A stretch of DNA of 64,000 bases from Candidatus Hydrogenedentota bacterium (GCA_045863335.1 BTVY01000006.1:32001-96000); one strand, 5' to 3'; shown: positions 18,182 to 27,583, counted from the stretch's first letter. The notes: generated by a model not told the origin, from the sequence alone. A program made the numbers and translations.

Positions 18182-20278
18182 TCACAACACCCCCTCCGCC
18201 TCCTTCGCGCCTCCCTTGTCTACGGTGAAGACCGCGAACTCCCCATCCTCGCCTTGGACGGCCACTCGCGTCTCCTCGCCGACGCGTAGGGAAAACCCCG
18301 GCAGCGACACGGTGGCGCCGGTGTCTTGGATTACGGCGTCGGTGGTTTTGGCGGGGGTGTCGTTTTCGAGGAGGTGGTAGGCGGTGATGAACCAGGCGTC
18401 GCGGCCTTGTTGGCGGCGGAGGAGCATGGGGAGGCGTTCGGGCATGTTGGGTCCGAAGCCTTCGCCGTAGAAGGCGGCGGACGCGTCGAGGAAGCGCAGG
18501 GCGATGCGCGAGTTGCCGCCGGTGTTTAGCGTGGCGGTGTCGAGCCGTTCGGGGTAGCGTTTCGTGTTCTTGAGCAGCGTGTAGGGGCCTTTGTCGCCGA
18601 TGGCGTCGACGGCTTCGCCTTCGGGCAGGCCGGTCAACGTGCCGCGGAAATGGAGGGGCAGATCGAAGGTGGCGTCCTCTTCGGAGGTGCAGTGGACCAC
18701 GTCGAGCAGGACGTTCCCGGCGAGGCAGAGGGCGCGGTCGATCGTGACGCCCTTGTAGGCGCCGTCGCAGGTGGCGCGGACGACGGCGAAATCCTCGGTG
18801 ACGCCGAAGGCCTGGAGTTTGCACGGCACTTTCTTCTGCGAGGTTTCGTTCACGACTACCGTGTTGTGGGCGAGGGTCTGGGTGAACCAGCCGCGGTGCA
18901 AGGGGTTGCCGTAGGGCAGGCGGCCGGGATCGACGAGGCGTTCGTCGCCGTGGGCGTAGAGGATGAGGCCGAGCTTCGCGGGATGGACGTGGCCCGAGGT
19001 GCCGGGACCGTAGTCGAAGAAGACGGCCGTCTGCCCCGACGCGTCGCGGAGCACGGCGAGCCCGTCGGAGGGATCGTTGGTCGAGCGCAGGCGCAGACGC
19101 GTAGGCCGATCCTCCGGCAGGGCATCGACGCCCCAAAGCAGGGCCTGTTCCGAATTGCGCGGACCGAGCAGCGGCAGGTAGGCCGGGTCCTCGAAGCGGC
19201 GGTAGGCGACCTCGTACTGATCGCGCTGTCCCGTGATGGACGAACGCCCGCTGTCGTTCAGCGCAGGATACGTGAGGTCGGGGAAAAGCTGGCGCAGGGG
19301 TCCGTCAAACATCTTCTTCACCGGCGGCAGCGCGTAGAGGTCCATGCCCGCGCGTGCGGCCGCTTCCAACAGGTAGAGGTGCGCCAACATCGCGTACCAG
19401 TGATAACTCGGCGCGGCTTCATACCACATGCCGCTGTCCGTCACGCTTTTCTCCATCTGGAAGACAAAGCCGCTCTTGCCGTTCACGGCCCAATCGGCCA
19501 ATTCCGCGTCACCCATGACGAAGGCCGCCGACGCGACGCCGGCGTTGTGCCAGGACTGCCAGTTCGAGATGCCGGCGTCGTTTCGGCGAATCGTGTCGAT
19601 CAGGGGCCGCAAGAAATGCGTCTCGATTCTCGCGTGATCCTCCGGCGTAAAGCAGGGCGCGTCGTGGACGAAATCGTATCCCCGTGCGATCCGGCACAAT
19701 CCGACCGACTCATCCAGCGTCTGCGCGAAGAGACGTCCGGCCGACTTCGCTTGCTTGCCGTCCTTGTCATGAAGCGGCAGCGATTCGTAGAAGGACGCAT
19801 ATTCGAGCAGGATCGCCTTCGCCCGCTCTGCGTATTCCGGTTGCGGATTCAGCACATACGCGATTCCGAGCGCGTCGAGTTGACTGAAATTGCGGTTGTG
19901 CTGGTAGGTGAATACCACGTCGTCGTACGGCCAGCCTGTGTAGAGCGTGCCGCAGGTCTTGCACACGTGTTCCGTCGGCGACTTCGCTTCCAGACCGCCG
20001 CCGTCCTTCTCGCAAGTGTACCAATGCGACCACTGCCCGCCCTGGTGCGGAATGTCGATGGGCTGCGCGAGCAAGGCGTCCGCCTGGGCGACGATTCGCC
20101 CCGCGACTTCCCTGGCCCAATCCAGATTCGCGGCGCGGTCGCGAACCTGCGCCACCTCCTCCTGGGTAAGAAACGCGCGGGGATGCGGGCCCGCCGCCAC
20201 CTGGGCCGGCACGGGCTCAAAGGGCGCTTGCGCGTGAAGCGTGGACAGGATGACTGCGAGCGATGCGACGAGGTGCAT
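18182..20278 (-). CDS. Secreted alginate lyase / heparinase II/III-like polysaccharide lyase (PL17-like)
   Basis: Signal peptide; 'GRLFAQTLDES', 'NWQSWHNAG', 'GMWYE..PSYHWY', 'PALNDS', 'GHVHPAKL', 'QTLAHNTVVVN'. ATG 20278 has a GGAG SD. Confidence 0.85.
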   Translation of the reverse strand: MHLVASLAVILSTLHAQAPFEPVPAQVAAGPHPRAFLTQEEVAQVRDRAANLDWAREVAGRIVAQADALLAQPIDIPHQGGQWSHWYTCEKDGGGLEAKSPTEHVCKTCGTLYTGWPYDDVVFTYQHNRNFSQLDALGIAYVLNPQPEYAERAKAILLEYASFYESLPLHDKDGKQAKSAGRLFAQTLDESVGLCRIARGYDFVHDAPCFTPEDHARIETHFLRPLIDTIRRNDAGISNWQSWHNAGVASAAFVMGDAELADWAVNGKSGFVFQMEKSVTDSGMWYEAAPSYHWYAMLAHLYLLEAAARAGMDLYALPPVKKMFDGPLRQLFPDLTYPALNDSGRSSITGQRDQYEVAYRRFEDPAYLPLLGPRNSEQALLWGVDALPEDRPTRLRLRSTNDPSDGLAVLRDASGQTAVFFDYGPGTSGHVHPAKLGLILYAHGDERLVDPGRLPYGNPLHRGWFTQTLAHNTVVVNETSQKKVPCKLQAFGVTEDFAVVRATCDGAYKGVTIDRALCLAGNVLLDVVHCTSEEDATFDLPLHFRGTLTGLPEGEAVDAIGDKGPYTLLKNTKRYPERLDTATLNTGGNSRIALRFLDASAAFYGEGFGPNMPERLPMLLRRQQGRDAWFITAYHLLENDTPAKTTDAVIQDTGATVSLPGFSLRVGEETRVAVQGEDGEFAVFTVDKGGAKEAEGVL

Positions 20279-20413
20279 GAGTAACTCCACGATAACGGTT
20301 GGTTCACGATCTCTTCGTGAAAGGTTCGCAGGGCGGGCCCTGCGGATTCAAGGAAAGACGGGAAATTGGATCCTTGTCGCGACGGGCTGCAAAACCCGCC
20401 CTCCTCGGAAAAT

Positions 20414-21355
20414 TCAGGGCGAAGTCAGCAGATACTGCGCGAGGGGACCGGCCACGTCTTGACCGGTTTTCTCTTCGAAGACGGCGAACATGGGCGAGGG
20501 ATTGCATTCGAGCACCACAAAGCCGGACGCAGTGCGGATGAGGTCGACGCCGGAGAATCGCATGGAGCAGGCACGGGCGGCGGCCACGGCGGCGCGCCGT
20601 TCGTGTGCCGTCAGCCGGGTCGAAAGGACCGCATCTTCGCCGCGACGGTAGTCGAGTTCCCGGGAATGGATCTCGCCCGCGGCGACGACTTTGTTGCCGA
20701 CCACGTAGACGCGAACGGAGGTTCCTTCGACGAGTTCCTGAAACAACACCGGCGCATAGGCGAGGGCGGCGAGGCGTTCGTCATCGAGATCGCTGGCTTC
20801 GACTTCCTGGACTGTCGCGCCGCCTGCCAGTGGTTTGTAGACGGCGCGTTTCGCGCGGCGAACGAAGGCGCGCACGGCCTTGGGATCGTTGCTGGCCAGA
20901 AACCGGGGCACGGGCAACCCCGCGTCGCGGAGCAGCCGCAACTGGTACGGCTTGCGTCCGTGTTGCGCGTTCACGTCCGGCGGATTGACAAGGCGCGCGC
21001 CGCGGGCTTCGAGCGCCACGACGGCGGACACCATGAGGGCGCCGCATTCGTCCAGCTGGGCCAGCAGACCGTGGGGGCGTTGTTTCAATTCCTTCGCGAG
21101 TTCGGGCACACGGTAGCTGGTCCCGAGCGAGCGGAGATAAACGGACCGCACCTCCGCAGGCAGAGTCTTGCCGTTGACGCGTATCCGGTCCTCGTCGACC
21201 GACACTCGAGCCGACTCAGGGAACGCGACGCTGTCGCACAGAAACGACCGGCCACCCCGGTGGGCGATCTCCGCTCGAACCCGGCGAATCTGCGGGTCGC
21301 CCTTGGCGCCAAAAAGGGCGACCCATGCGCTATGGGTACCCCGCGCCGCGCTCAG
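20414..21355 (-). CDS. ATP-grasp ligase, graspetide (omega-ester peptide) synthetase, PsnB-like
   Basis: RimK-like motifs 'RLVNPP...KPYQL..L...GLPVP', 'VYKPLAGGA', 'PVLFQELVEG..VRVYVVG', 'LDYR', 'FSGVDLI', 'LECNPSP'. The frame stays open upstream of the track's GTG 21205 up to CTG 21355, adding 'WVALFGAKGDPQIRRVRAEIAHRG'. Confidence 0.85.
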   Translation of the reverse strand: MSAARGTHSAWVALFGAKGDPQIRRVRAEIAHRGGRSFLCDSVAFPESARVSVDEDRIRVNGKTLPAEVRSVYLRSLGTSYRVPELAKELKQRPHGLLAQLDECGALMVSAVVALEARGARLVNPPDVNAQHGRKPYQLRLLRDAGLPVPRFLASNDPKAVRAFVRRAKRAVYKPLAGGATVQEVEASDLDDERLAALAYAPVLFQELVEGTSVRVYVVGNKVVAAGEIHSRELDYRRGEDAVLSTRLTAHERRAAVAAARACSMRFSGVDLIRTASGFVVLECNPSPMFAVFEEKTGQDVAGPLAQYLLTSP

Positions 21356-21513
21356 GCTTCCTCACCCAGCGCCAGGGTGGTCACGCCACCGCCTTTCCAC
21401 CAGGCTTCTTCGCCGACCGCCAGGGTCGTCGCTTTGCCTTTGGCCGCGGGCGCGGGAAGCTCGAGTTCACGGATGAACAGTCTTGGTTTGGTAACGTTTT
21501 TGGTCCGCTTCAC
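21352..21513 (-). CDS. Graspetide precursor peptide (plesiocin-like, group 2), two TTxxxxEE cores
   Basis: Hand translation from GTG 21513 (GGGAG SD): MKRTKNVTKPRLFIRELELPAPAAKGKATTLAVGEEAWWKGGGVTTLALGEEA*. Alternative ATG at 21528. Too short for the ORF track. Confidence 0.88.
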   Translation of the reverse strand: MKRTKNVTKPRLFIRELELPAPAAKGKATTLAVGEEAWWKGGGVTTLALGEEA

Positions 21514-21740
21514 GACATCTACTCCCATCGTGTTCCATATGCGATCTCAATTCGGGGATAGCTCCTCCAAACTTACCGGCGAAAGGGCTGGGCATTACAG
21601 AATCCGTCCGCCGACTATGCCATGCAAGTGACGGAATGCACGCGTGTTATTTGTTACGATGCACCCTTGGCGAAATGAGTCGTAACGTCTCAAGTCGGAA
21701 CAACGTCTCTCATTTCCACAGTTGTCGGAATTTGTCTCTC

Positions 21741-22577
21741 ATGAAATTGCGCTTCCAGAAACGGTATTTCCTCGCAGGTTGTCTTTCCGCGCTTCTCGGA
21801 ATCGCGGCATTGGCCGCGATCGCCTTTGCCATGGCCATGGGCGACGATGAAGGCATTCCGCGGGCGACAATTGCCGACACTCAGGGTCGTAGTATCAGCT
21901 ACCTACATGCGGGCGAGTCCGCCTCACAACGAATCATCTACGTGCACGGTTCGCCGGGGAATGCGCGCGCGTGGCTGGACTACCTCAAAAACCCAATTTC
22001 CGGATTTCAGTCCATCGCGCTTGATCGACCGGGGTTCGGTCAGACCCTGCCCGCGGGTCCCGCGCCAACACTGCAATCGCAAGCCGCGGCGATCGAGCCC
22101 TTCCTTGTCGAACGTGACGGCAAATGGCCGATCCTGGTGGGGCAATCGTTTGGCGGGACTGTCGTGTGCCAGGCTGCCGCAGACTTTCCGGACAGGGTCG
22201 GGGGGCTTGTGGTCCTTTCGGGCGCGTTAGACCCCGCGCTGGAGCGAAAGCGCTGGTATCAGCAGGTCGGAGAGTTCTGGTTTGTGCCAAACCTGCTGCC
22301 GCGCCCGCTTCGGAATTCCAATCGCGAGTTGATTCCGCTGAAAGGCGAGTTGGAGGAGTTGGCCCCGCGGCTTGCGACGATAACGAGCCCCGCAATCATC
22401 TTGCACGGCACGGAGGACGATCTGGTACCCGTCTCGAACGTGGACTTTCTCCAGAGCCATCTACCCTCGGAATCCATTCGGGAGATCCGGTTGTTCGAGG
22501 GGCGGAATCATCTGATCCCGTGGTCGGAATCAGAGGCCATCCGCGAGGCTATCCAGACGGTGGCGGTTGGTTCATGA
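21741..22577 (+). CDS. Alpha/beta hydrolase with N-terminal signal or anchor
   Basis: HGSPG; DRPGFG; GQSFGG nucleophile elbow; HGTEDDLV; RNHLIPW. Confidence 0.88.
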   Translation: MKLRFQKRYFLAGCLSALLGIAALAAIAFAMAMGDDEGIPRATIADTQGRSISYLHAGESASQRIIYVHGSPGNARAWLDYLKNPISGFQSIALDRPGFGQTLPAGPAPTLQSQAAAIEPFLVERDGKWPILVGQSFGGTVVCQAAADFPDRVGGLVVLSGALDPALERKRWYQQVGEFWFVPNLLPRPLRNSNRELIPLKGELEELAPRLATITSPAIILHGTEDDLVPVSNVDFLQSHLPSESIREIRLFEGRNHLIPWSESEAIREAIQTVAVGS

Positions 22578-22590
22578 GGAACGATTCAAG

Positions 22591-22628
22591 ACCGCCACCC
22601 CAGCCCTCCCCGTGAACGGGGAGGGAGC
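22591..22628. repeat. REP-like hairpin / possible terminator between convergent genes
   Basis: ccctccccg-tgaa-cggggaggg stem-loop. Confidence 0.6.
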
Positions 22629-22671
22629 AAGATCTCATTCCCGCGCCACCGATATCAACTCTATTTAGGCG

Positions 22672-23529
22672 CTATTCCAGACTTGCAAGACCATCGAGGA
22701 ACCATCGCTGGGCCGGAAATTGGCCCTCCCTCAGGAATACTACATGGCCGTCCAGGTAGAGCACGTTGATGCCGCCAGGGATGTGGTGCTCCAGGGAGCG
22801 GTCGAACATGATGGGAATCTGGTCGGCCCGAACGGGCAACCCCATGCCCGAGCTGTCCTTCAGCCGCACAAAGTGGTCCGTGCCGGCCGTACCGGCTCCC
22901 GCTGCTGCCACGAGATCGCCTTCGAATCCGCCGCCGCTTTGCTGTTGCTGACGGTAGGCGTCAATAAATGCGCGCGCTTCGGTCTCGTTCGTGACGGCAT
23001 AGCCGAGGTAGAAGTAGCTCTCGTCACCAATGGTCTCCGGTGTTTCCATCACCTGCGTCACATCGGAATCGCTGGGGCAATTGAAGATACTCGGGGTGGC
23101 CAGATACTCCGGGTAGATTGCGCTCGCCGAGGGCGCAAACTCGCCCGGCACATCCGACAGCGGCGGAAGCGCGTGGTCGTGCTCATTCGCCCACATCATG
23201 TAGACGAGGCCCATCTGCTTGAGGTTGTTCTGGCATGACGCCCTGCGCGCCGCCTCGCGCGCCCGCGCGAGAGCCGGGAGCAGGATTGCCGCCAGAATAC
23301 CAACGACGACAAATAACCCGACCACACCCACGGCGCCGAGAATTGCGGCGATCAGGCACCCGTTCTGATTGCCGGAAGTTTTTCTCGGCCTGCCGGGCAA
23401 GGGTGCGCCCACCCGAGGCGGCGGCTGATAGCGCTGGTCTCCGGGGGGAATCGGAGGCTTCGGTGGATTGCTATCCGCCAGAAGGGGAATCGTTCGCTGG
23501 TATCCGGCTTCGGGTGTGCTGTCGGTCAT
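22672..23529 (-). CDS. DUF1559 protein with Pro-rich N-terminus and TM helix (no prepilin cleavage site)
   Basis: '[30 protein letters not shown]', 'IFNCPSD' and the H-X9-DG motif '[16 protein letters not shown]'. Confidence 0.85.
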   Translation of the reverse strand: MTDSTPEAGYQRTIPLLADSNPPKPPIPPGDQRYQPPPRVGAPLPGRPRKTSGNQNGCLIAAILGAVGVVGLFVVVGILAAILLPALARAREAARRASCQNNLKQMGLVYMMWANEHDHALPPLSDVPGEFAPSASAIYPEYLATPSIFNCPSDSDVTQVMETPETIGDESYFYLGYAVTNETEARAFIDAYRQQQQSGGGFEGDLVAAAGAGTAGTDHFVRLKDSSGMGLPVRADQIPIMFDRSLEHHIPGGINVLYLDGHVVFLREGQFPAQRWFLDGLASLE

Positions 23530-23678
23530 GCTGCTTCTCCCTCCATCCGCGACATGCCCCCACGTGTGCTCGTGCACCATGATACCAAATCACCGGGCCG
23601 CAGCGAAGAGGGAAGGGGCCGCCACCCGCGTTGGGCGACGACCCCGGGAAAAGGGCACTGCAGTTAGGCCGTTGAAGT

Positions 23679-24575
23679 TTAGAATCCGTCGAAGGGTCGG
23701 TTGAAGCGCCCGAAGGTGCGTGCGCTGTCCTCCGTCATGGGGAACTTCTCACTGGGATACCGTAAGAAATTCACGTGACCATCCAGATACAGCACGTTTC
23801 CACCTCCCGGTACGTGGGCGAAGTCCTTCGTAGCCGTCGAGATGTGGTCCCACACGATGGGAATTTCGCTGGATGCCTGGGCGCTGCCCGCGGGATTGTT
23901 GATGTCGGTGATCAGGAAACGTTCCACGCCTTGACGGAGCCGCAGGATAGTATCGCCACCGCCGACCTGAGTACCGGCGTACGTTGACGAGACTTCGAAA
24001 TCCTCGTCGCTGGCTTCACCATTTGTATCGAAATTCTCTTGGGCCAATTCACCCCAAGGAGTATTCATATACTCCGCTTCCGAGAACCGGCCGCCCACAT
24101 CGGAACCCACCGTGCCGACAAGGGGTCCGAGGATGTTGACGTCCTCGGTGATGAGCCAGCCGGTGTAGTCATAGGGCTCCTTGGTGAACTCGCAGGGCTG
24201 CACGATGCCGTCGTCATTTCCTTTCTCCGCGTCGTAGCGCGCAACTGGGTTCGCTTGGGCGCCCCAGGAAGGACACCAGACGACGTTCACGTCCGTAAGG
24301 TACTCCGGATACACGGCAGGCCCGCTGAAGATCATCTCGGGGCTGAGGGCTCCGCTGCAGGTGAAGGTCTGGCGCGGCGGCAGTTTCTGGCCTTTGCTCT
24401 CATTGGAGTACATGGTGAGCACAAGCCCGATCTGTTTCAGGTTGTTCTGGCAGCTCGCGCGACGCGCGGCTTCGCGTGCACGGGCCAGAGCCGGCAACAA
24501 AATCGCCGCCAGAATACCGATGATGGCAATGACGACGAGCAATTCAATGAGGGTAAACCCGAGAGAGCGTTTCAT
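23679..24575 (-). CDS. Prepilin-type N-terminal cleavage/methylation DUF1559 protein
   Basis: '[43 protein letters not shown]' and '[15 protein letters not shown]'. Confidence 0.92.
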   Translation of the reverse strand: MKRSLGFTLIELLVVIAIIGILAAILLPALARAREAARRASCQNNLKQIGLVLTMYSNESKGQKLPPRQTFTCSGALSPEMIFSGPAVYPEYLTDVNVVWCPSWGAQANPVARYDAEKGNDDGIVQPCEFTKEPYDYTGWLITEDVNILGPLVGTVGSDVGGRFSEAEYMNTPWGELAQENFDTNGEASDEDFEVSSTYAGTQVGGGDTILRLRQGVERFLITDINNPAGSAQASSEIPIVWDHISTATKDFAHVPGGGNVLYLDGHVNFLRYPSEKFPMTEDSARTFGRFNRPFDGF

Positions 24576-24665
24576 GGCGCACAATCCTTTCAATTCAGTC
24601 AAGACGAAGACAACCCCACGTCGAGCAAGCGCACATAACGCATGTTTTGTATGCTGAACAAAAGG

Positions 24666-24695
24666 ATTATGCAATAAGGTTATGCTCTAAGTCAA
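24666..24695 (-). promoter_or_regulatory. Possible sigma70 promoter for the prepilin-like gene
   Basis: Minus strand TTGACT-N18-CATAAT in an AT-rich intergenic stretch with repeated GCATAA/TTATGC. Confidence 0.45.
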
Positions 24696-24806
24696 TATTA
24701 AAATTTTCCCTGCATGAGCATGCGGTCTGTCAACATGACCACTTAAATCAAGTTGTTACGTAACAGCACTTTAGAGGAATGTCCCGGAATGCGCCGAAGG
24801 CTCCGG

Positions 24807-25760
24807 TCAGGTGAAAAGAATTCCAAGCATACCCAGAAGGAATACTTCGAGAAACTTCTCGAATATCCCCGCCACGATGCTTGCCACCGGGAATCGGAAA
24901 AGATCGCCCCATTCGAACCCATAGATGGTGAAGACCAGGATGGCGACAAAGATCCCACCCATAATTGGAACGAACCACAGAAGCGCAGCCGCGACCGCGA
25001 CCGGGGTCAATGCGATGAGATTCAATACGAACGTGTCGTTTGGAAGGCGGTTGCTCCAGCTCAGGAAGAGGTAGAGACCCAGAAAGACGCCGAAAAACTG
25101 GGTGAACGCGTTGACGGCGTAGAATACGTAGCCGGCCACCGGTTGGACCGTGGGGGTATCCGCGGCGGGAGCCTCCCGGCTGGCTTCCGGCACGTCGAAT
25201 CCGGACGTCACGAAGACGAGCGCGGCAAGCACCACGACCGCGATCCCAGCGTAGAGTGCGACCTTTTGCATGGTCTCTTCGGAAGGCCAGTTCTTCTCCA
25301 GCCACGAACGATCGTCTTCTGCGGGTTCCATCGTTGGCGCGGGAAGAGGGTCTTCATTCTTTTCGAGACGCATCGTATCGATTGGCGCCACGAACCCGGA
25401 GGAAGGATCCTCCGGGTCGGCTTGCTGGACGAGATTCACGCAGATGTTGCAGAGAGTGCCGCTGCCCGTTTGGTGGCGATCCCAATCGCCGCGGAACTCG
25501 CGCCCGCAACGGTCGCAGTGGTGTTTGCCCGCGCGCGGCTTGTCGAGTTGGTTTTCACTGAACAGCGAAGCGTCGTGGCGCGCGGCCTCCTCCGAGACCG
25601 GGATGGACGTCGTGGGCGCTTCAGAGTCGAGGGATCGGCTGTTCTGCCACGAAACGCTGAGGGGCTTGCCGCAGACCGGGCAGGTGGTCTTCATGCCGAT
25701 GGCGAACTCGGACATGACCATTTCGTTACCGCAAGGACAACTCACGCGGATGTTTGTCAC
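24807..25760 (-). CDS. Membrane protein with two N-terminal zinc-ribbon-like motifs and a C-terminal multi-TM domain
   Basis: CPCG...CPVCG and CDRCG...CNIC; hydrophobic C-terminal half. Confidence 0.75.
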   Translation of the reverse strand: MTNIRVSCPCGNEMVMSEFAIGMKTTCPVCGKPLSVSWQNSRSLDSEAPTTSIPVSEEAARHDASLFSENQLDKPRAGKHHCDRCGREFRGDWDRHQTGSGTLCNICVNLVQQADPEDPSSGFVAPIDTMRLEKNEDPLPAPTMEPAEDDRSWLEKNWPSEETMQKVALYAGIAVVVLAALVFVTSGFDVPEASREAPAADTPTVQPVAGYVFYAVNAFTQFFGVFLGLYLFLSWSNRLPNDTFVLNLIALTPVAVAAALLWFVPIMGGIFVAILVFTIYGFEWGDLFRFPVASIVAGIFEKFLEVFLLGMLGILFT

Positions 25761-25937
25761 GTTAATACCTCGTTACGTTTCGTTTCGCGATCGGCCTGTC
25801 CATGGAAGTCGGGGATCCAAGTCCTTGAATTCTAGGAGGCCGTGGCGGCAGGTTCAAACGAGACATACGGATTTTTGACTTTCGTCCCCGTCCCGTTATC
25901 CAATTGTGAAATCGGTCAATGCAAGGCGGACCAACTC

Positions 25938-26720
25938 ATGACTTCTACGCATACTGAATGCACCCGCGACGTGTACGATCGCGAAGGTTACGTCGTCTTT
26001 CGCGACGTACTCGACCCCGGCCTCATTGCGGAAGCCGACGCCCATGTCGACTGGTTGCGCGCAAAACATCCGGACCTGCGCCCCGAGAATCTCGGGCACT
26101 GGCTCGTAAAGGAAGACCCGTTCTGGGTTCGGCTCGTCAGCGACGACCGTTTGCTCGACATCGCGGAACAATTCATCGGCCCCGACATCGCCCTCTTCGC
26201 CAGCCACTACATCTGCAAGCCGCCGAAAGACGGCATGCCCGTGCTCTGGCACCAGGACGGCAGCTACTGGCCGCTCGAGCCGATGGAAGTGGTCACGCTC
26301 TGGTTGTCCGTATCCGACTCGACGCCGGAGAACGGGTGCATGCGCGTCATTCCGCGCACGCAACACACCGACCTCCAGGAAATGAAGAAGCGCGAAGACA
26401 TCGCCAGCGTGCTCGGTTCCGGGATGGACGAGTCGCTGGTCGACGTGTCACAGGCGGTGGACATCGTCATGCAACCGGGCGATGTGTCGGTTCACCATCC
26501 GAACGTCATCCACGGCTCCGAGGGCAACACCTCCGGCCGCTGGCGCAAAGGCCTCACGATTCGCTATATCCCGACCACGACCCGCATCACCGACGTGAAG
26601 AAACACATCAGTGCGTTCCACCTCCGCGGCAAAGACGCGGGGCTGAACGAATACAACGAGTTCCCAAAGTACGTCGCAGGCGCGCACATGCCCTTCCGTG
26701 GATGCGAGACCTGGGCGTGA
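25938..26720 (+). CDS. Phytanoyl-CoA dioxygenase (PhyH) family Fe/2OG oxygenase
   Basis: 'KPP...WHQDGSYW', 'ENGCMRVIP', 'PGDVSVHHPNVIHGS..N.S..WR'. Confidence 0.92.
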   Translation: MTSTHTECTRDVYDREGYVVFRDVLDPGLIAEADAHVDWLRAKHPDLRPENLGHWLVKEDPFWVRLVSDDRLLDIAEQFIGPDIALFASHYICKPPKDGMPVLWHQDGSYWPLEPMEVVTLWLSVSDSTPENGCMRVIPRTQHTDLQEMKKREDIASVLGSGMDESLVDVSQAVDIVMQPGDVSVHHPNVIHGSEGNTSGRWRKGLTIRYIPTTTRITDVKKHISAFHLRGKDAGLNEYNEFPKYVAGAHMPFRGCETWA

Positions 26721-26728
26721 ATTCCAAT

Positions 26729-26767
26729 CAGACTGATCCGACCGATCGGACCGATCCGTCCGATCAA
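26729..26767. repeat. 9-bp periodic repeat (GACCGATCG-like)
   Basis: gactgatcc-gaccgatcg-gaccgatcc-gtccgatca; related array at 56046-56094. Confidence 0.7.
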
Positions 26768-26788
26768 CTAGAGGATAGGCTTTAACTC

Positions 26789-27583
26789 ATGGATCATCCC
26801 CACTTCAACCAATTCGCCGAACACGCTGTCGAACGGTACCGCAACGACGGATACTGCAAAACGCCGGTGATCGTGCCGCCAGACCTCGTCGCGCGCGCCG
26901 TGGAGCACATGGATCGCGTGGTGAACGGCGAATACGAGACCGGGCGCGAACCACATGCGCTGCACTTCTCGCCGGAAGACGCGCCGGAAAAGATCCGCAA
27001 GGTTGATCAACCGCATCTCTGCGACAACACGATTCAGGAACTCGTAAACCTCCCGGAGATTGGCCAATATGCGGCAGCCTTGACGGGCGCGAAGATGGTG
27101 CAGGCATTCGCCGTGCAACTCCTGATCAAACCGCCCGGCGGGAGCCGCGCCGGGCACGTCGGCTGGCATCAGGACAAGTTATATTGGCCCTACTGGAAAG
27201 GCACGGAGGGACTGCTGACCGCTTGGGTGGCCTTGAGCGACGTCACCCTGAACTCGGGACCTATCCGGTTCGTGCGCGGATCCCAACGCTGGGGGTTGTG
27301 CGAGGGGGGAGAATTCTTCGAACCCGATCACGAGAACCAGAAGCGCGCCATCAAAGTGCCGCCAGGGGAAGAGTGGGTCGAAGAGCCCTTGCCATTGTCA
27401 CCGGGCGAGGTGAGTTTTCACCATTGCCTCACCTTCCACGCGAGCGGTCCCAACCTGGAGTCCTATCCGCGCCGCAGTTTCGCCCTGCACCTGCGAACGG
27501 ATCAGACGGACGTGGCGCTCGACGAGTACTACACGCAGCACCTCGACGACCCCATTCATGCCCCGATCATCTATCGCGCCTGA
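26789..27583 (+). CDS. Phytanoyl-CoA dioxygenase (PhyH) family Fe/2OG oxygenase
   Basis: 'KPPGG...WHQDKLYW', 'NSGPIRFVRGS', 'GEVSFHHCLTFHASGPN...RRS'. Confidence 0.92.
   Translation: MDHPHFNQFAEHAVERYRNDGYCKTPVIVPPDLVARAVEHMDRVVNGEYETGREPHALHFSPEDAPEKIRKVDQPHLCDNTIQELVNLPEIGQYAAALTGAKMVQAFAVQLLIKPPGGSRAGHVGWHQDKLYWPYWKGTEGLLTAWVALSDVTLNSGPIRFVRGSQRWGLCEGGEFFEPDHENQKRAIKVPPGEEWVEEPLPLSPGEVSFHHCLTFHASGPNLESYPRRSFALHLRTDQTDVALDEYYTQHLDDPIHAPIIYRA

Noticed and set aside
20366-21631. 421-aa plus-strand ORF spanning the ATP-grasp locus
   Set aside because: It is the antisense shadow of the ligase and precursor; its repeated 'QASSP.ARVV' is just the reverse complement of the TTLAxGEEA cores.
21741-22577. 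Alpha/beta hydrolase as the graspetide leader peptidase
   Set aside because: It is divergently transcribed and a generic family; adjacency is the only link.
25938-27583. Tandem PhyH genes as halogenases or part of a biosynthetic cluster
   Set aside because: Both keep the HxD facial triad (HQD) of hydroxylases, and no biosynthetic core genes are adjacent.
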